Source of the DNA: a virus
Direction: 5' to 3' (one strand)
Virus record (IMG/VR): IMGVR_UViG_3300020595_003017
Location: 64,001 to 128,000 of that record
DNA: 64,000 nucleotides
Positions 11,577 through 20,851 of the stretch are shown piece after piece. A program made the position numbers and the translations under genes. Below the pieces are notes generated by a model that saw nothing but the letters and a program-made list of their open reading frames with translations, had not been told where the DNA came from and did not search any database. The stretch's first letter is position 1; each line of letters opens with the position of its first letter.

Positions 11577-11948
11577 ATGAGTGAAGAGCAACTTTTTGAA
11601 AAACAAATAGAAACGTTTAAGACATTCTGTAAGAATAATCGCTTGCGCCTCCGAGAAGCCGGCGATGGACTTCCGGTTGCCAGAGCCATTGGAAAGTTTA
11701 AGGAAGATCAATTCTTTTGCAACTTTAGAAACGGAACTATTGGCGTGTATGTCACCAGGGAAACTCAACGTCAATTTACATATTTGAATAAAAAACTGAT
11801 TAAAATGGGTTGCATCCCAACACAACTCGGAGATTTTGAAGCATCTTACGATTTAGAGTGGATGAATATTCCTCCTGTCGCCAAGCTTCTCAAGATCAAA
11901 AAAGGTGCAGCCAAGGTAAAAGATCCAAAGTGGTTGAGGGAACTATGA
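11577..11948 (+). CDS. Hypothetical protein
   Basis: ATG after AAAGGA inside the 11517..11948 ORF. Confidence 0.65.
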   Translation: MSEEQLFEKQIETFKTFCKNNRLRLREAGDGLPVARAIGKFKEDQFFCNFRNGTIGVYVTRETQRQFTYLNKKLIKMGCIPTQLGDFEASYDLEWMNIPPVAKLLKIKKGAAKVKDPKWLREL

Positions 11949-12154
11949 AAGAAGAAGATAAAGAATATAATATTGATGAGTGGAAAACTAAATTTTCCGA
12001 AGGTGAGATTAGCGAATCTGCTGCTGAACTTGCCGCTAAATTTATGTTTGCAATGTCTTACTATCATGAGCGAATGAAACTGCATATCATGTTACACCCT
12101 CTCTTCTTTCTAGCTGGTTTCATGATCGCATTTTTTGCGTTCGGAGAAATGTGA
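11945..12154 (+). CDS. Small protein with a C-terminal TM helix
   Basis: ATGA overlap; LHPLFFLAGFMIAFFAFG. Confidence 0.6.
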   Translation: MKEEDKEYNIDEWKTKFSEGEISESAAELAAKFMFAMSYYHERMKLHIMLHPLFFLAGFMIAFFAFGEM

Positions 12155-12324
12155 TGAAGTGGAAAGTTGGAGATCTCGTGCAGGAAGCTCTCCCGCTCAT
12201 GGCTGGTGATGCTCCTGAGAGGCTGGGGTTAATTGTTGAGATAGGCAAGAGTGGATTCTTTAAAGTTTTATTTGACAAAGAAGAACTTGTGCATTATAAT
12301 TCATTAAGAAAAATGGAGGCTTAA
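12154..12324 (+). CDS. Small SH3/KOW-like protein, 56 aa
   Basis: Read by hand: MKWKVGDLVQE...LGLIVEIG...FKVLF. Confidence 0.65.
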   Translation: MKWKVGDLVQEALPLMAGDAPERLGLIVEIGKSGFFKVLFDKEELVHYNSLRKMEA

Positions 12325-12561
12325 ATGGCTACACGACCCGGAAGACTATTGGACAAAACATTCACCTCGTTCACGGAAGCGAGCGGCCGCCTCGAAGATA
12401 CGATGGGGTGGATCACGGCAGCGGAGGAGTTGGCGCACGAGGTCCAACCCGGATGCAAGGCAGAGGTCACACTCCACTTGTTGGGCAAAGTATTAGAAAA
12501 GGCTCGCACCGAGTTGGACCAAGCGTCCGAGGATCTAGCCATTGAGGTCTTCGGAAAATGA
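12325..12561 (+). CDS. Hypothetical helical protein
   Basis: 78 aa ORF with a GGAGG SD. Confidence 0.6.
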   Translation: MATRPGRLLDKTFTSFTEASGRLEDTMGWITAAEELAHEVQPGCKAEVTLHLLGKVLEKARTELDQASEDLAIEVFGK

Positions 12562-12660
12562 GGGCACGTCATAGATATATTTCAGCAGGCAAAGGTAGGC
12601 GCAGCCTTCGCCAAATTTTTTTACAACTAAGCGCAGAAAAACAAAGAAAGGCAATCAAAA

Positions 12661-12900
12661 ATGACCACAATCAACAATGAATTTAAAACCACCGTCAAGG
12701 AATTTGTGAGTAAGCTCACGACCATCGAGAACGAGATGACAATCCTTCGACAAGATCGTTCGGAACTCTTTACAGAGATGAAGAGTAAGTTGGACCCTCG
12801 TTCATTTCGAGCAGCCGTGAAGATCCATAACTTGCAAAAGTCCACACCGGATCAAACTTCTTTAAACAGAATTCTGGAAGTTTTAGATACTGCTGAATAG
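12661..12900 (+). CDS. Small DNA-binding protein resembling T4 DsbA / GapR (DUF2312)
   Basis: Pattern ENEMTILRQDRSELFTEMKSKLDPRSFRAAVKI and a size of 79 aa. Confidence 0.5.
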   Translation: MTTINNEFKTTVKEFVSKLTTIENEMTILRQDRSELFTEMKSKLDPRSFRAAVKIHNLQKSTPDQTSLNRILEVLDTAE

Positions 12901-12910
12901 TTATTATACT

Positions 12911-13386
12911 ATGGGGTAACTGAAGCAGCCAAACCACACCAACTTTGTGTAGCCTTCTACAAGGGAGAGGGTGAGTGGCACAACCGCATAGTTAGATGGA
13001 CAACTCAAAGTAAATATTCGCACGCAGAACTGATCATGCCAGACAATACTTGCATAAGCATAACACCCTTCGGAACAAATGGTATCCGTAGAAAAAAGTT
13101 CGACGAACCTGAGCAGGATTATGACATGATCTGTGTGCCGGTATCTGACGAACAACTGGAAACCATTCAAAGGTTTTATGAAGACACTAAGGGAGATGGC
13201 TATGACTGGCCCGGTATGATACTGTCCAAGTTCACACCATTCTTTATCAAGCGGACAGGGCGTTGGTATTGTTCTGAATGGATTGCATATGCGTTGCGAT
13301 TGGCTGGTGCGGTGGACAACCTTTACCACTATAATGACTTAACACCGCAGAGGCTTTATGAAGTGTTAAAAAATTATGCCGACTAA
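12911..13386 (+). pseudogene. Permuted papain-like (YiiX/YaeF, NlpC/P60) amidase whose 5' end lacks an in-frame start; possible 1-nt frameshift
   Basis: The 13036 frame extends upstream as VTEAAKPHQLCVAFYKGEG...KYSHAE with no ATG/GTG/TTG. The ATG at 12911 is out of frame by one G. Downstream YDW and WYCSEW motifs are present. Confidence 0.6.
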
Positions 13387-13600
13387 AACCACAGAAACGT
13401 TTCTTTACGCTCCGGGAAGTTTAGTAAAAACCAGAAAAGAAATATATTCGATGGATCCACATATGCGGTTACAAGCCGGCACGGTTGGGATCGTGTTATC
13501 GGGCCCGAGAGAAAACTATAATCATCATTGCCAGGTTCAGTTTACTGGCATCAGTAATGCTTGGTGGGTTAATTATGCAGAAATTGAGCCGCACCTATAA
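13376..13600 (+). CDS. Small SH3/KOW-like protein
   Basis: YAPGSLVKTR...GIVL...CQVQF. Confidence 0.6.
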   Translation: MPTKTTETFLYAPGSLVKTRKEIYSMDPHMRLQAGTVGIVLSGPRENYNHHCQVQFTGISNAWWVNYAEIEPHL

Positions 13601-13649
13601 ACAAAAAAATAATTTGAATTATACTTATCTATGAAAGGAGTCACTAGCT

Positions 13650-13946
13650 ATGACAAAAACAAAAGAACTTATTAATTACCAACAAATTTATGAGGACGAC
13701 CTGTCCGATACCGTTAAGGATGCCCTGGAGTTGCCAAGAGGTTTCTATGAGTTGGAACAACAGAAGCGGCAGATGGTGGAGCAAATGATTGACGCAGGGT
13801 ATGATCGTGCTGTGAAGGACGCTCTGGATCCAGATGTGTTGAATGATACTGCCGCACTTGCAGCCGAGATGGGCACGCAGCTTTATAATTTTGCAAATGT
13901 CATTGGAGAATACTTGACCAACCTTGATGAGGACGACGATGATTAA
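13650..13946 (+). CDS. Acidic hypothetical protein
   Basis: 98 aa ORF with an AAAGGAG SD. Confidence 0.65.
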   Translation: MTKTKELINYQQIYEDDLSDTVKDALELPRGFYELEQQKRQMVEQMIDAGYDRAVKDALDPDVLNDTAALAAEMGTQLYNFANVIGEYLTNLDEDDDD

Positions 13947-14304
13947 AGTCGGTGATCTTGTTAAGATCTCCAATCACAATGGTTGGACTATCTGCCTACC
14001 CAAGGTGCCACAACCACAGCACAAAAGTTTAATCGATGAGTACCTCAAGGAGCGCATGATGGTCCAGGTCGGCAACACCAAATACAGTGCCGATAATAAA
14101 AAGTATCGGGACTTGGACGGTGACTTTGGGCTAATTACAAAAGTAATCCAAAATAAAATTGATCAAACAACTGCCTACGAGGTCATGATTGACGGAAGAG
14201 TTATGAGGGTGAAAGGCATAGTTGGTGAGAAGTATTTTCATGTTGTAAAGAATGGACAAGATTACCTTGATACTATACAAGAGGAGTTAAGTAATGAAAG
14301 CTAA
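13939..14304 (+). CDS. SH3/KOW-like protein
   Basis: MIKVGDLVKIS...FGLIT...YEVMI. Confidence 0.65.
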   Translation: MIKVGDLVKISNHNGWTICLPKVPQPQHKSLIDEYLKERMMVQVGNTKYSADNKKYRDLDGDFGLITKVIQNKIDQTTAYEVMIDGRVMRVKGIVGEKYFHVVKNGQDYLDTIQEELSNES

Positions 14305-14497
14305 TTATCATTGTTGCTCAGTGGGTGCTGTTAACAATGGCTTGTTAAGAGAGTGTGGGTTCCGGTTCCGATTTGAGGAGGGCAGCCACAACTGTCCACT
14401 CTGCGGATCTGCACTTGTTCGTATGCCAACTGGCAAGTCTGTTGCACAAATTCTTAAAGAAGGTTTTGAGCAAGAGAGAAAACAGAATAAAAGTTAA
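14294..14497 (+). CDS. Small zinc-ribbon protein
   Basis: Cys residues near the N-terminus plus ECG and CPLCG; GAGGAG SD. Confidence 0.6.
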   Translation: MKANYHCCSVGAVNNGLLRECGFRFRFEEGSHNCPLCGSALVRMPTGKSVAQILKEGFEQERKQNKS

Positions 14498-14599
14498 TGT
14501 TTTCACAATCCTCTCGCCTATGTATAGTAGGCCCGGCTCGTTAGCATAAACTGACCCCACCAGTGAGCCGGTGGCATGTGGACAAAGGAGGATTTAATT

Positions 14600-15253
14600 A
14601 TGCCAAAAGTAAAGTATAGCCAATCAAGAGGTTTGTTTCAAGTTGCAGGTTCCGGTCTTGACCTTGACGGCACCGTTAATCACAACGGTACCGTTAATCT
14701 TAACCAAAAAGTAGCCAGTGGCTATCTGCGTTGGTGCATGGGAGATCATTCTGGTCTGTCTTTGCTCACCAAGACAGATGCTAACTGCGATTCGGGATTC
14801 ACAGCAGCAGCCAACACACTTCACGAGTGCGCTGCGCTCGGTGATGCAACCAACGCTTACGTTTTGCCAGAAGCAACCGTCGGCACCGTTGTTGTCTTTA
14901 AGTTTACGGCTCAGTATGACGGCGGCAACAATGCTACCTTTACCACTACGGCTGGCGACTTCTTCGCAGCACAAACGCTGAACTTCCTAACTCTTAATTC
15001 AGACGCTGGCGCTGTCGGTCCCCGTATCATCGGAACTGATTTCACCACGACTCAAAGCGTGGGTAAAATCAGCACGCTGACAGCAGCACATAACAGAATT
15101 ACAATGTCAACGACTGCCACCAACAACCAAACCAATGTCGGTTCGGAGTTGTCATTCTTCTGCGAAGATGCTGGATTCTGGAGAGTTCTTTTCCAGGGCG
15201 TGTGCTTGGGCAACGGAGCGATGAATGCCACATTTGCTGGAAGCACAGCTTAA
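14600..15253 (+). CDS. Probable virion structural protein (Thr/Ala/Gly-rich, beta-rich)
   Basis: MPKVKYSQSRGLFQVAG start, strong AAAGGAGGA SD, own terminator. The function is inferred from composition. Confidence 0.55.
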   Translation: MPKVKYSQSRGLFQVAGSGLDLDGTVNHNGTVNLNQKVASGYLRWCMGDHSGLSLLTKTDANCDSGFTAAANTLHECAALGDATNAYVLPEATVGTVVVFKFTAQYDGGNNATFTTTAGDFFAAQTLNFLTLNSDAGAVGPRIIGTDFTTTQSVGKISTLTAAHNRITMSTTATNNQTNVGSELSFFCEDAGFWRVLFQGVCLGNGAMNATFAGSTA

Positions 15254-15292
15254 TAGCTGAGCTTAACAGGCAACTATGTTGTATGATACACT

Positions 15293-15320
15293 GGGCACCC
15301 GCAAGGGTGCCTTTTGTATT
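15293..15320 (+). terminator. Rho-independent terminator
   Basis: ggcaccc-GCAA-gggtgcc followed by tttt. Confidence 0.8.
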
Positions 15321-15333
15321 TTAAGGAGCAATT

Positions 15334-15996
15334 TTGAACAAAGAAGAAAATATATTTACCCAAATAAATGATTTGGAAAAATATGATAAGCCGCTGATCA
15401 ACATTTATGAAAAACTCATTGCACCAGTAATGAATGAAGAGGTCCAGGGTGTTCCGAATTTCAAATGGGAACAAACAATGTGCCAGGAAAGTAACGCACT
15501 CGCTAGGTGTGACTATGATACTTACGAGTCATTAAAGGCCGCCGGCAAAAGAACCACCCACCGTAACGACTCAATCACATACTCCTATCCTAATCATGAC
15601 TGTGTTTCTGATTCACTCGATGAAGCAATTAATATATTGGGTAAAGAAGTTGACTGTGATTATCTTGGCTTATCTAATCACCCAACCTGCTACAGAAGTC
15701 ATGAAGGGTATGACGGCTACATGGGCTGGCACACCAATCACGATTTCCCAGGAGACCGGTGGTATTTTGTATATAATACTGAGGCAGATAAGTCATTTTT
15801 TCGATACATAGATCCAAACACTGAGCAGATGGAAACAGTACGGGAGCCAGCAGGATGGTGTTTAAATCATTTTGTCGCAGGTAATTATCACAGCCCCTTG
15901 TGGCATTGTATACACACTAGTGGTCATAGATTTTCTTTCGGAATACGAAAAATAGAATTACTTAAGTATACAAACGGAAAAGTTAACTTGAGGTAA
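15334..15996 (+). CDS. 2OG-Fe(II) oxygenase / cupin-like protein
   Basis: YMGWHTN...LWHCI...RFSFG spacing; TTG start after AAGGAG. Confidence 0.55.
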   Translation: MNKEENIFTQINDLEKYDKPLINIYEKLIAPVMNEEVQGVPNFKWEQTMCQESNALARCDYDTYESLKAAGKRTTHRNDSITYSYPNHDCVSDSLDEAINILGKEVDCDYLGLSNHPTCYRSHEGYDGYMGWHTNHDFPGDRWYFVYNTEADKSFFRYIDPNTEQMETVREPAGWCLNHFVAGNYHSPLWHCIHTSGHRFSFGIRKIELLKYTNGKVNLR

Positions 15997-16003
15997 CACA
16001 AGC

Positions 16004-16318
16004 ATGAGCGACGAAAAAAAGCCACCAGTTCGCAAGGATCGCCGCCGGGCTAAAAAGAAAACATATAAACTTACTGAGCGCCATGTTAAGATGATAAGGT
16101 CTCAAAAAGGAAAACAGTCAGTCCGAGAGATAGCAAAGTGGTTTGCGAGAGAGACCCACTATATTTATAAGGTTTCTCCGTCGATGGTTCACCACATCTT
16201 ATCCGGTAAGCGACACAGCAAGAAAGAAGACCAGAAGTCAATCTATGATTTGATTGAGGAAGAAGTTTCAGAGGAAGAGTTGGCTAAAATAGATCCAAAA
16301 AAAGTTAATTATGAGTGA
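16004..16318 (+). CDS. Basic HTH-like DNA-binding protein
   Basis: LTERHVKMIR...SVREIAKWF...VSPSMVHHILSGKRH. Confidence 0.55.
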   Translation: MSDEKKPPVRKDRRRAKKKTYKLTERHVKMIRSQKGKQSVREIAKWFARETHYIYKVSPSMVHHILSGKRHSKKEDQKSIYDLIEEEVSEEELAKIDPKKVNYE

Positions 16319-16757
16319 TGACACCAAGGCTCTGCGGAGCACAACATATCCACTACAGACTTTATCACCCGTTATAAAGCCTGACAACATGACACTTTAT
16401 CGGGCACAGCAGGCTAATGCTGTCAGTCATTACGTTAAACAAGAGTACGATCGCCTCTTTGCCCAGGCAGAGGTCATCAACAGACAGTTCAAAGAGTTGC
16501 AGCGCCGTGTTAAGATCACAGAGATGATAGAGAACTCCCGCTACAGATTCAAACCTATCGCTGGCCAAGTATATTATCTTTATCAAAATGTTAATAAACA
16601 ATCCTATCAGCTTTCCCTTTTGTCTCCGAACGACTGGGCTCTTGGTATGCCAGATACATATCTCTGGGTTGCGGATGTAAGAAAGCTCGGAGACAACACT
16701 TGGGACATAGAAAAATTTAATAAAGAATTTGCACAATTATTCCCTGAACGTGAATAA
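16311..16757 (+). CDS. Conserved hypothetical protein (DUF2452-like)
   Basis: FKPIAGQVYYLY and LSLLSPNDW motifs. Confidence 0.55.
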   Translation: MSDDTKALRSTTYPLQTLSPVIKPDNMTLYRAQQANAVSHYVKQEYDRLFAQAEVINRQFKELQRRVKITEMIENSRYRFKPIAGQVYYLYQNVNKQSYQLSLLSPNDWALGMPDTYLWVADVRKLGDNTWDIEKFNKEFAQLFPERE

Positions 16758-16762
16758 AAAAC

Positions 16763-16811
16763 TTGACCGATCCCATATCCATGATATTATGTGTTTGTAA
16801 GGGAGAGAGAT
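16763..16811 (+). promoter_or_regulatory. Sigma70-like early promoter with GA-rich leader
   Basis: TTGACC-N16-TATTAT with TG, then gtttgtaagggagagagat-ATG. Confidence 0.82.
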
Positions 16812-17714
16812 ATGAGTCGTTCTAACCAATGTCAGCACTGCGGTCAATTCGGACACAACCGTCGTGGTTGCCCACAAATCAAAGAAGCCCACGCCAGAGT
16901 TGAAAGACTTGCTGAGAAGTATGGTGTTTACCGCTTGGAAGATGAGCTTGCTTATGCTTCCACCTCTTGGATCAGCAGGATCAACGAGGCTGCTAAGATT
17001 CAAGACGCCGATGAGGATGAGGTCTCCTGGCGTGAACGCTGGATGTGGGAAGAAGTTGAAGAGCGCAAGATGGCTCAGGCTCGTAAGAATGCTCGTGGTC
17101 GCCAGTGTGGCTTCTGCGGTGAGCGTGGACACAACGCTCGCACCTGCCCAGCTAAGAAGCAACATCGCAAAGATTGTGATGCGATGCGAGGCTTGGCTCA
17201 CCGAGTTGTGGCTGCCTGCCTCAAGAAGGCTGGCATCGTGCCCGGCGCTTTGATGCGCAAACAACAGTGGAGTTGGAAGGCCAACGACCAGGTTCAAGTG
17301 ATGTGCATGGTCGTCGGCATTGAATGGGACCGAGTTGCGGAGCCTGGCTACGATACTCCCCAAGGTTTGCCTCGCAACGCTGACCGCTGGTTCAAGGGTC
17401 CCATGATTCGGGTGCGTGAACCTAACGGTGATGAAGGCTTGATGCGTATCCCGCAAAACATCCAGCAGCAAACCTGCTACGGCTACTACGAGGGTGAGGA
17501 CCAAAGCTGGGGACTAGTCAGCGGTGTTGCCGGTGGCAATCTCAATGAAGACAAGGGCTGGATGGGCGACAATGTGACGCTCCTCAGTCCCGAGGCTGGC
17601 GGCGTCTACTCCTACGGGCATCAGGTTGAAAAAGGTCAGCGCATTGAAGACCAAGACTTTCAGCCTGAGATTGACGAGCTTGTCAATCAGGTCAGCCAGT
17701 GGAGGGATTACTAA
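16812..17714 (+). CDS. Early protein with two CCHC zinc knuckles
   Basis: CQHCGQFGHNRRGC and CGFCGERGHNARTC (CX2CX4HX4C). The true start is the ATG at 16812. Confidence 0.8.
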   Translation: MSRSNQCQHCGQFGHNRRGCPQIKEAHARVERLAEKYGVYRLEDELAYASTSWISRINEAAKIQDADEDEVSWRERWMWEEVEERKMAQARKNARGRQCGFCGERGHNARTCPAKKQHRKDCDAMRGLAHRVVAACLKKAGIVPGALMRKQQWSWKANDQVQVMCMVVGIEWDRVAEPGYDTPQGLPRNADRWFKGPMIRVREPNGDEGLMRIPQNIQQQTCYGYYEGEDQSWGLVSGVAGGNLNEDKGWMGDNVTLLSPEAGGVYSYGHQVEKGQRIEDQDFQPEIDELVNQVSQWRDY

Positions 17715-17781
17715 AATAAGGCCTTAACAACTTATCAGAATGTGCTATTGTTATATTACCATTTACTAAGGAGAACAAAAA

Positions 17782-17940
17782 ATGGAACTGTCAGATGCAA
17801 TGAGACTGGTGGAAAGCCTCTCAAAACAAGTACGAGAACTCGGGACTGAACTTGCAAACGTTAATCGAAATGTGACCGAAGTTCAGCGCCGAATTGGAGA
17901 CCTGGAGGTGTTTTCGGCGAACCTAGCGAAAAAGAAGTAA
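17782..17940 (+). CDS. Small coiled-coil protein, 52 aa
   Basis: Read by hand: MELSDAMRLVESLSKQVRELG...; AAGGAG SD. Confidence 0.65.
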   Translation: MELSDAMRLVESLSKQVRELGTELANVNRNVTEVQRRIGDLEVFSANLAKKK

Positions 17941-17942
17941 AA

Positions 17943-18206
17943 GTGAAAAAGATAATCCACGTTAATCAACATGTCATTAAGCGGAACACGAAGAACGGGA
18001 CAGATGAGCCAGTTCTCACGGTGAAGACTTATAAAGAAAACAATTATGCCCACGAGGCTATACTGAAGACGAAAGAAGGTGTAGAGTTAGCTAGAGTTAT
18101 TTATAGCCCTCACAAGCCATTAAGTTGTGGAGCGAGGGTTTGGTTAGAAACAAATACAGATTCTACAGACGTAGAACTAGTCATTAGAGAAGGAGAAGTC
18201 TCATGA
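17943..18206 (+). CDS. Conserved phage protein
   Basis: IIHVNQHVIK...PLSCGARVWLET pattern, recalled from T4-like phages. Confidence 0.65.
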   Translation: MKKIIHVNQHVIKRNTKNGTDEPVLTVKTYKENNYAHEAILKTKEGVELARVIYSPHKPLSCGARVWLETNTDSTDVELVIREGEVS

Positions 18207-19486
18207 GGAAAGATCAAGTAGATCGAGATAGTTTTAAAGCTATCCCGCTCACAAACGAGGAAGCTAACAACAGGATGACCCTGAAGCAGCACCTCAGAAA
18301 AAACTATGGCGATGTAATTACTCGCCAAGCCCCAAAACATGAAAAGGGAAAGTTTGTTTTCGATGAGAACGCAAACATCTCAGACGCCTGTGAGGATATC
18401 AGGCAACATGGAATCGATCATTATATGTCGATTAACAAGATCCCAATGGATCTTATTGACGACCCTAGTGGCGCTTCTGGCAACCAAGTTCGTGATCAAC
18501 TGAAGTATGATAAGAATGTGAGGTCAATCTCTCGCAGTCTCGCTCATCGGATTAAGAATGGCATGTCATTTGAAGATGCCCAGAAAACCCCAGTGTTCCT
18601 AGAGGAGACTGGCAACGGCCGATATCAAATCGTCGATGGCAATCATAGATTCTATGCACTTTTGGTGCTCGATATTGATATCTTACCTAAGGCGGTTCTG
18701 TTCCCTAAAGATTGGTTCGTCAAGCAGGGGCTTACGAAAGATGTTTTTCAGGTTGACTGTAATCCTGTAGCTGAACAGCAAGGAATGAAGCTCAAGAAAG
18801 TTCGTGAAACTATTTTGAGTAACTGGAACACCAAGTGGATCAATGCCAGTAAAGAAAGGGCGATCACATGGGTTAAGGAAAGTAACCTGACCACTGCCAC
18901 TGACGAGAGCATCGAGAAGATGGTTAACGCTATTGAAAAGTTGCTTAAGAAGCAGGACAACCAAGCTGCTGTCGCAGCAGCAGCTAACGCAGCTACCTCG
19001 ACCAAGCCAAACTTTTTTGAATGGAATGGTGGTAAGAACGAGCAGGATCTGAAAGCACCGTTTCACACCCATACCTTTATTGAAAAGCACTGCGCAGGCA
19101 AGATTAAAAACGCTAATTATCTTTCTTTCGATTGTAGCGATGGACCGATGAGAGATAAGATCATGGGTGGTTTTGTCAGGACTTTGAAAAATCAAAGTAC
19201 ATCGATCAAGGATTTTGTGCTAAACAAAATCAAGAAGCGAAAAAAGAATGTTCTTTTTCTTTCTGTAAAGTCTCCAAACTCTGGTGACATGGCTGGGCTG
19301 AAGAAGAATCGTGTCAATGGTTTGGCTGGAGTTCTTGTGTTTTATGAATCTGGTTTCCCTTTTGATGAGATTTATTTTCTGCCACAGGCAGCCGGTGTAG
19401 AAAACTTGAAGACACCTGTGTTGGCTTGGAGCAAGAAAAACGGAATCGAAAAGGCGTTTGAAACGAAGGACAAGGGGAGCAAGTAA
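18203..19486 (+). CDS. ParB/Srx-like N-terminal domain protein
   Basis: PVFLEETGNGRYQIVDGNHRFYAL motif. Confidence 0.65.
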   Translation: MRKDQVDRDSFKAIPLTNEEANNRMTLKQHLRKNYGDVITRQAPKHEKGKFVFDENANISDACEDIRQHGIDHYMSINKIPMDLIDDPSGASGNQVRDQLKYDKNVRSISRSLAHRIKNGMSFEDAQKTPVFLEETGNGRYQIVDGNHRFYALLVLDIDILPKAVLFPKDWFVKQGLTKDVFQVDCNPVAEQQGMKLKKVRETILSNWNTKWINASKERAITWVKESNLTTATDESIEKMVNAIEKLLKKQDNQAAVAAAANAATSTKPNFFEWNGGKNEQDLKAPFHTHTFIEKHCAGKIKNANYLSFDCSDGPMRDKIMGGFVRTLKNQSTSIKDFVLNKIKKRKKNVLFLSVKSPNSGDMAGLKKNRVNGLAGVLVFYESGFPFDEIYFLPQAAGVENLKTPVLAWSKKNGIEKAFETKDKGSK

Positions 19487-19794
19487 TGAAATTAAAGCTT
19501 CACTGGGCTGAAAAGTATGAAGTTGTGCGTGAGTTTCCTTCGTTCGTGCTAGACTCGAAGAAGTTCCCAGAACTTGAACTGGAAATGCTTCAGGTTTATA
19601 ACGCCGGCAGTTTAGATGAGCGTGATAGTGCTTTAGATCAATTAGAATATAAAATGCACCACACAGAAACTGGTGAGCGTGGAGAAACTATTTTTCAAAT
19701 GGTCGGGCCTTATGAGAAAGATAAATATGATCAGTCTGTGGTCCACACTTTAGATGATGAAAGCAATGGGTGCTTTCGTCTAGACGAGGTATAG
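19486..19794 (+). CDS. Hypothetical protein
   Basis: 102 aa ORF overlapping the upstream stop. Confidence 0.6.
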   Translation: MKLKLHWAEKYEVVREFPSFVLDSKKFPELELEMLQVYNAGSLDERDSALDQLEYKMHHTETGERGETIFQMVGPYEKDKYDQSVVHTLDDESNGCFRLDEV

Positions 19795-19798
19795 TAAA

Positions 19799-20317
19799 AT
19801 GGATAGCACAAAAAGCTTTGTAAAAGTATTCAACGTCTCACCCGAAACCGCTGAGGATTTTGAGTTTGATTATGACACGAACACGTCGGACTTGTTGACC
19901 GAACTTGTCCCAGACTTAGACAACTGGGGAGGGCTAGGTTGGATGGAACTAGAAGAATACGAATACAACCATCATAACAAGACCATGCATCTTATTCTAG
20001 ATACAAAGTGGGAACCACCCACTATGTGGCTACAATGCGCTAGCAGCGGCACGCATTATTTTCAAAATAAACTGATCACCATGGCGACCATCCAGAAAGA
20101 TGAAACATGCGTTACAGGTGTGGCTGTCATGGACGGAGAAACCCTCCAAAACAAGTGTATTTTTGATATGAGTTCGGAGGAGGTCGGAAAATATTATAAT
20201 GATAGTGAGACTGACTTTGAGCTTGATCATCTAGATAATCAAATTTGGGACTCAATTGGAAAGTTCGTTAATGTCTGCGAACAATTTTACCTTGAAAAGG
20301 AAGAAAAAAATGACTAA
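19799..20317 (+). CDS. Acidic hypothetical protein
   Basis: 172 aa ORF with a GAGG SD. Confidence 0.6.
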   Translation: MDSTKSFVKVFNVSPETAEDFEFDYDTNTSDLLTELVPDLDNWGGLGWMELEEYEYNHHNKTMHLILDTKWEPPTMWLQCASSGTHYFQNKLITMATIQKDETCVTGVAVMDGETLQNKCIFDMSSEEVGKYYNDSETDFELDHLDNQIWDSIGKFVNVCEQFYLEKEEKND

Positions 20318-20768
20318 CACAGTAGAACGAGGGAGTAAAGTTACCCTTCACTATAAGGGGACCTTTGAAGATGGAACCCAGTTTGATAGCTCTCACGACA
20401 GAGGGGAGCCAATGTCGGTAGAGGTTGGAACCGGAAACTTGATCAAGGGCTTTAATGACGCTCTTGTTGGCATGACGGAGGGCGAAAGCAAGACCTTTAC
20501 CTTAGAACCTGGTGAGGCTTACGGAGATGTCGATCCTGATGCAAAGACAGAACTGTCACGGGATATTTTTCCTGATGGTTTTGATTTGTCAGAGGGTCAG
20601 ACAATTCCTTTGCAGGGACCAAACGATCAAACGCTTCTGTCTAGAGTGATTGGGTATGATGACAGCACAGTCACGGTTGATCTGAACCACCCGATGGCAG
20701 GCAAGAACCTTACCTTTGATGTAGATGTTATCACAGTGGACAACGATGATGAGACTACAGCTAGCTAG
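20310..20768 (+). CDS. slyD: FKBP-type peptidyl-prolyl isomerase (SlyD/SlpA-like)
   Basis: VTLHYKG..EDGTQFDSS, LIKGF..ALVGM, AYG and VDLNHPMAGKNLTF. It has no His-rich tail. Confidence 0.9.
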   Translation: MTNTVERGSKVTLHYKGTFEDGTQFDSSHDRGEPMSVEVGTGNLIKGFNDALVGMTEGESKTFTLEPGEAYGDVDPDAKTELSRDIFPDGFDLSEGQTIPLQGPNDQTLLSRVIGYDDSTVTVDLNHPMAGKNLTFDVDVITVDNDDETTAS

Positions 20769-20851
20769 ATTATTATTTTTCTTCGCTAGAATTTTGCAAG
20801 GCAGGGGGATGCCATTGGGACAATGGTTCCAAAGCAAAGGCATCCTCCTGC

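Noticed and set aside
16737-17504. 255 aa minus-strand ORF
   Set aside because: It is an antisense shadow of the zinc-knuckle gene, which has the promoter, SD and motifs. The C-ending codon bias removes antisense stops.
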